Shown piece by piece: positions 56,583-63,661 of a stretch of DNA of 64,000 bases. Positions within the stretch are counted from its first letter, which is position 1. Each line of letters starts with the position of its first letter. The notes under the pieces are model-generated. The model did no database searches. It was not told the origin of the DNA and saw only the letters and a program-made list of their open reading frames with translations. Both the position numbers and the translations under genes were made by a program. Source of the DNA: a virus; the IMG/VR virus record IMGVR_UViG_2643221865_000002; one strand, 5' to 3'.

Positions 56583-57911
56583 CTAGGCGTCGAACTCGCA
56601 GAGGTAGCGGACGCGGACCTGGTTCGTATCGAAAACGATGGCTTCGTGGTTCCGCACTCCAGCGGTCCCCGGCTTCACGTTGATGGAGTTCCACGGCTTA
56701 CCGAACTTGTTGACCGTGGAGTGGGCTTTCGGCCAGTCGGAGTAGTGAGAGGGACGGTACTCGGATCCCATCGCTACGTCGTTGAGGAGCATGAAGCAGT
56801 TGTTGTCTCGGCCGCCGGAGGTCCAGTAGCCATTCGAGTAGTTGAGGCTCTTCGTAGAGTCGAGCGAAAGATACAGACCGTCGCCGAACATGCGCCCGGC
56901 GATCTGGATACCTGAACCTGACCGCGGCGGGACGAACAGCCCCTTCTGGAGGATGGAGAGCAAGTTTGCGGCGCGGGTCCCGTGCCACATCTGCTGCTCG
57001 TTTCGGATCTCCGCAGCGATCCTCTTGTAGGTGGCGGCTCCGACCGGATCGACAAGCTCGAAGACATGCTTCAGGTTCAACTTGGCTGACGTGTGCATGC
57101 CGTTCTTCGTCTTCGCATACCGCTCTTCGATCCGCTTGAAGACGGCCCCGCCGTCGGCGACGGCGCGAACCTTGTACTTGAAGAGGTTGTCGTATTCGTT
57201 GCCGTCGACGTCGTCGATCGCTGCGGTGGTGGCAGCGGCGAGCTGGGTGTTGAAGAACTGGACGGAGTCGCGGAGGGAGTCGAGCAGCTCGTGCTGCTTC
57301 TGGAAGGTGTTGTCGCGGTTGAAGAATGTGGATGCCCATCCGGCGTTGCGGCCGATGTTCTGGGGGACGAGGGTGAGGTAGTCCTCCAGCAGCCGGGTGC
57401 TGGAGGTGTCTTTGACGCCGCCGGCCTGTTCGATCTGCGTGAGGAGGCCGCGGGCTTCGCTGATGGAGTAGTTGGTGATCAGGCCGAGCGGAGTCTTCAC
57501 CTGGCCGCTGGTGTCGACGGTGATCTTTCCGCCGGAGAGGGTGGCGATGTCGTGGGCGTTCACACGACAAATACGCTCGATCAGGTCAGCGACTCGGGTG
57601 TCGGTGCGGGCCTTCCCCTTCGTCAGGGCAGTCTTCGCGATCGTGGTGATCTGCGTGTTCGCGGCCACTGACGTGGTCGCTGTGGGCGGGGCTGCGATCG
57701 CGACCTTCTTGTAGCCCTTCCGCTCCTTCGCGTAGACGGCGTTGTCGAAACCGAGCCGTCCGGTCTTCTCAATAGACATCTGACCGTCGGCGCCGACACG
57801 ACCCCAACGCTTCGTCACGGTGATCCCATCCGAGGACAATTTCACCTCGTAGAACTTGTTGTTGTTCGCTTGGGAATCCACGTAAATCAGCATCGTTGTC
57901 GTCTCATTCAT
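56583..57911 (-). CDS. poly(ADP-ribose) polymerase homolog: WGR domain + helical domain + PARP catalytic domain
   Basis: WGR: KFYEVKLSSDGITVTKRWGRVG. Catalytic: MWHGTRAANLLSILQKGLFVPP, GRMFGDGLYLSLDSTKSLNYS, HEAIVFDTNQVRVRYLCEF (the H-G-S/T...Y...E signature of PARP1). The ATG is 8 nt after a motif copy. Confidence 0.8.
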   Translation of the reverse strand: MNETTTMLIYVDSQANNNKFYEVKLSSDGITVTKRWGRVGADGQMSIEKTGRLGFDNAVYAKERKGYKKVAIAAPPTATTSVAANTQITTIAKTALTKGKARTDTRVADLIERICRVNAHDIATLSGGKITVDTSGQVKTPLGLITNYSISEARGLLTQIEQAGGVKDTSSTRLLEDYLTLVPQNIGRNAGWASTFFNRDNTFQKQHELLDSLRDSVQFFNTQLAAATTAAIDDVDGNEYDNLFKYKVRAVADGGAVFKRIEERYAKTKNGMHTSAKLNLKHVFELVDPVGAATYKRIAAEIRNEQQMWHGTRAANLLSILQKGLFVPPRSGSGIQIAGRMFGDGLYLSLDSTKSLNYSNGYWTSGGRDNNCFMLLNDVAMGSEYRPSHYSDWPKAHSTVNKFGKPWNSINVKPGTAGVRNHEAIVFDTNQVRVRYLCEFDA

Positions 57912-57913
57912 GT

Positions 57914-57930
57914 CACCTACATGTGCGGAC
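57914..57930 (-). promoter_or_regulatory. conserved motif copy, N8 before PARP ATG, preceded by CCGAAAAC
   Basis: Sequence match. Confidence 0.55.
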
Positions 57931-57963
57931 TGGGACGTTTTCGGCCGGACAGAACCCCGAGAA

Positions 57964-57977
57964 TCCGCTCATGTCAG
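57964..57977 (+). promoter_or_regulatory. motif-like copy in plus orientation (TCCGCTCATGTCAG)
   Basis: Upstream of plus-strand gene 58020. Confidence 0.4.
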
Positions 57978-58019
57978 TGGTGAAGAAGACCACCAACTGA
58001 GAGAGTTCGAGACCACCGC

Positions 58020-58481
58020 ATGCCCATCCGCCACAAGCTCACGATCGCCGCTCCCGGCATCGGAAACACCTTCACCGTCGACTCGTTCAACAAGGCCATG
58101 GAAGACGTCGACATCTGGCTGAACTGGTCCACCGACCTCGACGCGTCCGCCTTCCTCACCATCAACGACGACGAGGTGACCGCGTACTGGGAATCCAACT
58201 ACGGCGACTGGGCCGAAGCTGAGGTGTACGCCATCGAGCAAACCGACGCGAACGACGAACTCACCGTCACCCTCGACTCGTACGACACCGACAACGACGC
58301 CCGCGCCGACATCCGCGTCTACCGCGGCGGGCAGGAGACCATCGAGGACGGCAAGGTGACGGCCGTCGTCCCCGCGGTGTTCGGTCGACTGATGGCGGAC
58401 CTGCGCGACGCTCTCGAGAGCGGTGGCGACGCAGATGTGGTCGCAGCATCCCGAGCACTTTCGGAAGCGTTCCCCCGGTAG
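58020..58481 (+). CDS. hypothetical acidic protein
   Basis: 153 aa. A sense motif-like copy lies at 57964-57977. Confidence 0.55.
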   Translation: MPIRHKLTIAAPGIGNTFTVDSFNKAMEDVDIWLNWSTDLDASAFLTINDDEVTAYWESNYGDWAEAEVYAIEQTDANDELTVTLDSYDTDNDARADIRVYRGGQETIEDGKVTAVVPAVFGRLMADLRDALESGGDADVVAASRALSEAFPR

Positions 58482-58527
58482 GCTTCCGCACGTGTCAGAG
58501 TCGGAGCAAGGTTCGGACGCCTGGGGC

Positions 58528-58971
58528 ATGGTCCTGGTCGCCGGTCTCGTCGTTTTCGTCATTGCGACAGCCGTGACCCTCTGGTACATCACACTGCCCG
58601 CCCTCGCGCTCGGCATCTACCTCCTGGTCCTCCGGGGAAGACGGAGAAAAGCCAAGCGGGACAAACGCGTCATCGAGCTGGCCAGCCGCATCGAACACTT
58701 CAAGACGCCGACGCCCGCCTACACAGCATTGGTGGAAGCTCTCTGGGCGATCGCCGACACCGATGAAGCGCCGACCTCCACGCTGCTGCAACGTCGCGTC
58801 GGATACTCGAAGGTTTCAGCTGACCAGGCATTGGACCTGTTCGAATGGGCGGGCATCATCAGCCCACGCGTCGACAACCGCCGTCGAACGGTGATCGTGG
58901 ATCGCAGCGAGCTCTGGGACGCCGCCGTGCAGCTCCGGAGCACAGCCGCCCTCACCGACGCAGAGAACTAA
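58528..58971 (+). CDS. 2-TM membrane protein with C-terminal FtsK-gamma-like winged helix
   Basis: TSTLLQRRVGYSKVSADQALDLFEWAGIISP...RRTVIV matches the FtsK gamma domain pattern. Start is uncertain (ATG 58528 or GTG 58492). Confidence 0.5.
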   Translation: MVLVAGLVVFVIATAVTLWYITLPALALGIYLLVLRGRRRKAKRDKRVIELASRIEHFKTPTPAYTALVEALWAIADTDEAPTSTLLQRRVGYSKVSADQALDLFEWAGIISPRVDNRRRTVIVDRSELWDAAVQLRSTAALTDAEN

Positions 58972-58993
58972 GGCGCCGCAGGTTCTCCACATA

Positions 58994-59017
58994 CCTCAGG
59001 GGAAACACCCCTTGAGG
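58994..59017 (+). terminator. hairpin CTCAGGGG-aaaca-CCCCTTGAG after 58528..58971
   Basis: Inverted repeat, 8-9 bp. Confidence 0.35.
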
Positions 59018-59024
59018 AGAACCT

Positions 59025-59771
59025 GTGACCCCCGCCACACGACGCCTCGGCATCACCATTGCCGGCGCAACCCTCGCCGGAGCGCTCGCTCTCGGCGCCG
59101 GAATCCTGACCGCCGACCAGCCGAACACAGTGCCGGCCGCCGCCCCAACCCCGTCAGCGCCGCATGCCGTCGCTAAGCCAGCGCGGCCCGTCCCCTCGTC
59201 AACCCAGGCCGCTGTCCCTGTCCAGCTGCCGCCGGCATCGGCCGCCCCTGAACCAGCCCCCGCTCCGGCACCTGCACCGGCGCCCGCCCCTGCCCCGGCA
59301 GAGACCGGCGTTGCCGCGCAACTGGCGTGGGTCGCCGATAACGCTTGGGTGAAGTCGTACACCTGGGGTCACCCGTACATCCCCAACGAGGACTGCGCCA
59401 ACTTCACCTCCCACTCACTGGTGGTCCGCGGTCTGCCGGACAGTGTGTTGAACATCTCCTCCACCAGCCTCCGCAACTACCTGACAGGGAACGGGTATGC
59501 AGAAACCGCGGACTCCCCCGACGCCCGCCGCAACGTGAAGCTCGGCGACGTCATCCAGTTCGACTGGCAGCCCACCGATGAGAACCCCGGCGACCGCGAC
59601 CACACCGGAGTCGTCACCGGCCTCACCACCAACCCGGACGGCACCGTGCAGGTGCTGTACACCGCCCACACCGACCCCGGCGACGACCCGAAGATGGACC
59701 ACACCATCGAAGCGTCCCTCGCAGACGCCGGCCACGACATCAACGGACGGGTGTACTTCATCAGCATCTGA
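59025..59771 (+). CDS. secreted CHAP/NlpC-P60-like amidase (cell-wall hydrolase) with PA-repeat linker
   Basis: Signal peptide, a (PA)n linker, then Cys (NEDCANFTSH) and His (GDRDHTGVV) of a Cys-His hydrolase. GTG start with RBS GAGGAGAA. Confidence 0.55.
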   Translation: MTPATRRLGITIAGATLAGALALGAGILTADQPNTVPAAAPTPSAPHAVAKPARPVPSSTQAAVPVQLPPASAAPEPAPAPAPAPAPAPAPAETGVAAQLAWVADNAWVKSYTWGHPYIPNEDCANFTSHSLVVRGLPDSVLNISSTSLRNYLTGNGYAETADSPDARRNVKLGDVIQFDWQPTDENPGDRDHTGVVTGLTTNPDGTVQVLYTAHTDPGDDPKMDHTIEASLADAGHDINGRVYFISI

Positions 59772-59777
59772 GATCTG

Positions 59778-59793
59778 GTCGCCACATGACTTC
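59778..59793 (+). promoter_or_regulatory. conserved motif copy in plus orientation (class 2)
   Basis: 13 nt before ATG 59802. Confidence 0.5.
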
Positions 59794-59801
59794 TCCCCGG
59801 T

Positions 59802-60368
59802 ATGAACCACACCACCGAGAAAGGCTTCCCCTTGTCTGATTTCAAGCCCACCTTCGCCCCGTTCGCCTGGGAGCCGCGCCGCGTCATCATCTACGCCCTC
59901 GCCGCAGCGTTCGGTGTCACCGCCGCCTACGCCGGAGTGTCCGCCTACCAGGACGACGTCCGCAGCGCCGAGAACACCCTCGCCGGCAGCATCCACGAAG
60001 CCCACGACCGCGCTGACCTCCTCGCCCTGAAGGCTGAGACCGGCCGGGCCTACGTGGAGGAAGCGAACCGGTACGCAGCACAGAACACCGACAGCGTCGA
60101 CAAGCGCACCGTCACCGCCCTGTACGACGCGATCGACGCTGCCGCCTTCCGGATCGACTTCGCCGACAAGGCTGCAGCCGCGACGGACATCGCAGCGGAC
60201 AACGCCGCCGGCATCACCGGGAACCCCGCCGGGATCCGCGACGCAGCGAAGAACCTCGACAAGCTGATCTCGGACGACCCGAAAGTCACGGGCGCCATCG
60301 ACGCTGTGAAGACCGCCGTGCAGGCAGTCAACCTCGCCAACATGGCGGGGGTCAGCGCTCACCGCTGA
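59802..60368 (+). CDS. membrane-anchored hypothetical protein
   Basis: A sense class-2 motif copy lies at 59778-59793, and a terminator hairpin follows at 60381-60432. Confidence 0.55.
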   Translation: MNHTTEKGFPLSDFKPTFAPFAWEPRRVIIYALAAAFGVTAAYAGVSAYQDDVRSAENTLAGSIHEAHDRADLLALKAETGRAYVEEANRYAAQNTDSVDKRTVTALYDAIDAAAFRIDFADKAAAATDIAADNAAGITGNPAGIRDAAKNLDKLISDDPKVTGAIDAVKTAVQAVNLANMAGVSAHR

Positions 60369-60380
60369 CCAGCAACAACA

Positions 60381-60432
60381 GACGCCGGCCTTGGCATCAC
60401 CTCATGGTGGTCATGGCCGGCGTTCTGTTTGT
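60381..60432 (+). terminator. hairpin (9-bp stem ACGCCGGCC/GGCCGGCGT, 24-nt loop) + TCTGTTTGTGGTG tail
   Basis: After 59802..60368, between convergent genes. Confidence 0.5.
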
Positions 60433-60452
60433 GGTGATGCCGTTCTAGTCGA

Positions 60453-60956
60453 CTAGACGGAGCGGATGTAAACCCGCGCAGCACATCCGCATGGGTTCCC
60501 GTCCTCCGGGCAGGAGTACTGCTCGACAACCGAGTCGGCACGCCAGAACCCGGGGATGGTGACGACCGGCCGGAGACCGTTCGCGGTGTTCGCTGACCCT
60601 GCCGGTGCGCGTCCGCCGCGCACCCAAGCGCACGCTGCCACCTGCACGCCCGGGTGAGCTTCGACGACAGCGCCGACGAGCGCGGTTCCGACCCCTTCAC
60701 CGCGTGCCGAGGGGATGACGACAAGCGATTTGACGAACACAGCATCATCGCTGACGAGTTTCGACACAGATCCCCACTGGGCAGGCGGCACAGCTTCGGG
60801 CAGCGCAGCGCTGGTGACCGCGCCGACCATCACCCAGCCGTCGAACGCAGCGAACCCCTCCAGACGTTCAGGGGCGTGGCTGCTGAGCTCGGACTGGAAC
60901 AGGGTCTCGACGGCGGCTCGGTCATCTTCGACAAGCGCTCTGAACGTGATTGGCAT
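60453..60956 (-). CDS. GNAT family N-acetyltransferase
   Basis: Motif A VIPSARGEGVGTALVGAVVEA. Internal ATG (MPITFRAL...). A motif copy lies 10 nt upstream. Confidence 0.55.
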   Translation of the reverse strand: MPITFRALVEDDRAAVETLFQSELSSHAPERLEGFAAFDGWVMVGAVTSAALPEAVPPAQWGSVSKLVSDDAVFVKSLVVIPSARGEGVGTALVGAVVEAHPGVQVAACAWVRGGRAPAGSANTANGLRPVVTIPGFWRADSVVEQYSCPEDGNPCGCAARVYIRSV

Positions 60957-60964
60957 ACCGGGTA

Positions 60965-60980
60965 GGCATGTGGCGGCACC
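60965..60980 (-). promoter_or_regulatory. conserved motif copy (class 2, N10 before GNAT ATG)
   Basis: Sequence match. Confidence 0.5.
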
Positions 60981-61006
60981 TCGAATGCGACCCGATCGGG
61001 GATTCC

Positions 61007-61023
61007 TGTGCGGTCCGCACATG
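61007..61023. promoter_or_regulatory. palindromic head-to-head motif pair TGTGCGG-T-CCGCACA, with the plus-orientation copy upstream of the collagen gene
   Basis: Seen directly. It sits in the divergent region between 60956(-) and 61091(+). Confidence 0.5.
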
Positions 61024-61090
61024 AAAGTAAGGAAGCAAGCCGCGACTGCGCGGACCCCCACCCCTCCCCCACTGAACGGACAGCACAGCT

Positions 61091-63520
61091 ATGCAACGCC
61101 GTACCAAGATCACCCTTGCGTCCATCTCGGCCGCGATCATCATCGCCGGAGTCTCCTACGGCATCGTCGCGAACGCCGTCACCTTCGACGAGCTGACCGG
61201 CGGAACCGCCTCCCCCACCCACACCGCATCAGCCCCGGCCGACACGTCAAGCTCCCCGCGCGACGCCGCAGCCATCGTCGCAGGACCCGCCGGCAAGCAG
61301 GGCGAGCCCGGAATCGACGGTGTCGACGGTTCCGACGGGCGGAGCATCACCGGGCCTGCCGGGAAGGACGGCGCCGCAGGCGCTACCGGCACCAAGGGCA
61401 GCGCTGGCAAGGCGGGAACAAACGGCCTCGACGGCGCTGACGGTGCGGAAGGCGTGACTGGAGACACGGGCGAGACGGGAGCGCAGGGCGCGACCGGAAC
61501 CAACGGAGTCGACGGCCAGACCGGTGCCACCGGCGCCACCGGTGCCACGGGTGCCGCAGGAGCCGCGGGCAAGGACGGCGCGACTGGGGCTGCTGGTGCA
61601 GATGGCGCCACGGGTGCCGCAGGCCGCGATGGTGTTGATGGCGCTACCGGTGCCACCGGCGCAGCAGGCAAGGACGGCGCCGCGGGTGCTTCTGGTTCTG
61701 CAGGCCGCGATGGCAGCGACGGCAAGACCGGCGCTACCGGCGCAGCGGGCAGGGACGGCGCCGATGGCGGCCGAGGATTCCAGGGCATCCAAGGACTCAT
61801 CGGGTTCACCGGTGAGCGCGGCGTGCAGGGCATCCCCGGACTCAACGGAGCGGCAGGCGAGAAGGGCGACACCGGAGCGGCCGGCAACGACGGACGCGAT
61901 GGCATCAACGGCGTCAACGGTCGCGACGGAACGAACGGAGTCGACGGAGCCACGGGAGACCGAGGCAACGACGGAACAGACGGCCTCAACGGTATCGACG
62001 GCACGAATGGCGTCGACGGCGCACAGGGGCTGACCGGCCTCACCGGAGCAGCGGGCACCGACGGAACGGACGGCGCAGCCGGTCGCGACGGCGTGAACGG
62101 CATCGACGGAACGAACGGCACGAACGGCACGAACGGTGCCGACGGTACCAACGGGCTCGACGGAACGAACGGCACAGACGGCGCTACCGGCGCCACCGGC
62201 GCCACGGGCGAGCGCGGGTTCCAGGGCCTCATCGGCCTCACCGGAGCTCAGGGGATCCCTGGCCTTCCTGGCATCGACGGGAAGGACGGCAAGTCCGGCG
62301 CCAAGGGCGACGCTGGCGCAGCCGGCATCGACGGCCGCGACGGAGCCGCAGGAGCCGCAGGACGCGACGGTGTCGACGGCACCGATGGCGCGGCGGGAGC
62401 AAAGGGCGACCGCGGCCTGACGGGACTCGACGGCACGAACGGAATCGACGGAGCCGCAGGCGTCAACGGGCGCGACGGCGCTCGAGGCATCCGCGGCCTG
62501 CAGGGCATCCAGGGTCTGACCGGCCACACCGGAGCAGCCGGCAACGACGGCATCAACGGGATTGATGGCGCGACCGGCGCTGCGGGCCGCGACGGCGTCG
62601 ACGGGATTGATGGCGCGACCGGCGCTGCGGGCCGCGACGGCGTCGACGGTGCTGCTGGCGCGACGGGTGCTGCTGGCCGCGACGGCGTCGACGGCGCAAC
62701 CGGTGCAACCGGTGCAACCGGTGAGCGCGGCTTCCAGGGCATCCAGGGCCTCATCGGCTTCACCGGCGCGAAGGGTGAGCAGGGCATCCCCGGCCTCCCC
62801 GGATTCAACGGCAAGGACGGCATCTCGATCACCGGCGCGAAGGGCGACAAGGGAGACCCCGGAACCGCCGGCACCGCCGGACGTGACGGAGCGAACGGGG
62901 CCAACGGCCAGACCGGAGCAACCGGCCCCGCCGGACAGCCCGGCACCGCCGGACGCGACGGCCAGAACGGCGCCAACGGATTCACCGGCATGAAGGGCGA
63001 CAAGGGAGAGAAGGGTGACACCGGCGCGACCGGAGCCGCCGGCAAGGACGGCTCCGCCGTCTGGAAGGGCGACAAGGGCGACCGCGGCGAGAACGGACAG
63101 CCCGGCCAGAACGGACAGAACGGACAGGCCGGACAGAACGGCCAGCGAGGCGACAAGGGCGACACCGGAGCCCAGGGCCAGCAGGGCCCCGCCGGACAGC
63201 CCGGACCCGCGGGACAGCCGGGCCAGAACGGCCGCGACGCGGTCCTCGCCATCCAGGTCGTGAAGAACACCATCACCGTCACCGGTGGAGTGTCCACCCA
63301 GACTGCGCTGTGCCCATCAGGCTTCTATGCAATCTCCGGCGGAGCGAAGATCTCCTCCGACGCACGCGACGTCGTGTTCCTCACCGGGAACGACGCCACC
63401 GACGTGCAGGGCGACAACATCGCCCGCCCCCGCGGCTGGGAGGCATCCGCCGTCCAGTTCAACGGTGCAGCACGCACGTACACGCTGACTGTCACCGCCA
63501 GGTGCACCAACTCCAACTAG
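61091..63520 (+). CDS. collagen-like triple-helix repeat protein with N-terminal TM anchor and C-terminal globular domain
   Basis: About 640 aa of uninterrupted G-X-Y repeats (GPAGKQGEPGIDGVDGSDG...). N-terminal TM ITLASISAAIIIAGVSYGIV. C-terminal 90-aa non-collagenous domain with 2 Cys. Confidence 0.85.
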   Translation: MQRRTKITLASISAAIIIAGVSYGIVANAVTFDELTGGTASPTHTASAPADTSSSPRDAAAIVAGPAGKQGEPGIDGVDGSDGRSITGPAGKDGAAGATGTKGSAGKAGTNGLDGADGAEGVTGDTGETGAQGATGTNGVDGQTGATGATGATGAAGAAGKDGATGAAGADGATGAAGRDGVDGATGATGAAGKDGAAGASGSAGRDGSDGKTGATGAAGRDGADGGRGFQGIQGLIGFTGERGVQGIPGLNGAAGEKGDTGAAGNDGRDGINGVNGRDGTNGVDGATGDRGNDGTDGLNGIDGTNGVDGAQGLTGLTGAAGTDGTDGAAGRDGVNGIDGTNGTNGTNGADGTNGLDGTNGTDGATGATGATGERGFQGLIGLTGAQGIPGLPGIDGKDGKSGAKGDAGAAGIDGRDGAAGAAGRDGVDGTDGAAGAKGDRGLTGLDGTNGIDGAAGVNGRDGARGIRGLQGIQGLTGHTGAAGNDGINGIDGATGAAGRDGVDGIDGATGAAGRDGVDGAAGATGAAGRDGVDGATGATGATGERGFQGIQGLIGFTGAKGEQGIPGLPGFNGKDGISITGAKGDKGDPGTAGTAGRDGANGANGQTGATGPAGQPGTAGRDGQNGANGFTGMKGDKGEKGDTGATGAAGKDGSAVWKGDKGDRGENGQPGQNGQNGQAGQNGQRGDKGDTGAQGQQGPAGQPGPAGQPGQNGRDAVLAIQVVKNTITVTGGVSTQTALCPSGFYAISGGAKISSDARDVVFLTGNDATDVQGDNIARPRGWEASAVQFNGAARTYTLTVTARCTNSN
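62560..62720 (+). repeat. near-identical tandem repeats (about 39-45 bp units encoding GATGAAGRDGVDG(I/A)DGATGAAGRDGVDG) inside the collagen-like gene
   Basis: The string ggcgcgaccggcgctgcgggccgcgacggcgtcgacgg is seen twice in tandem, with further diverged copies. Confidence 0.7.
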
Positions 63521-63533
63521 CGCGGACACGCGA

Positions 63534-63589
63534 GAACGCCGTCCCGGTTGCATCCACTCGGTGCAGGCCGGGGCGGCGTTCTTCATTCC
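63534..63589 (+). terminator. 14-bp stem (1 mismatch) hairpin GAACGCCGTCCCGG...CCGGGGCGGCGTTC followed by TTCTTCATT
   Basis: Located 14 nt after the collagen gene stop. A second 9-bp stem hairpin follows at 63612-63645. Confidence 0.55.
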
Positions 63590-63661
63590 AGTCGAACCCC
63601 TAGACGCAGAAATGCCCCGCCTGTGCCGGAGCACGTGCGGGGCATCTCAAAGGGCGGGACG

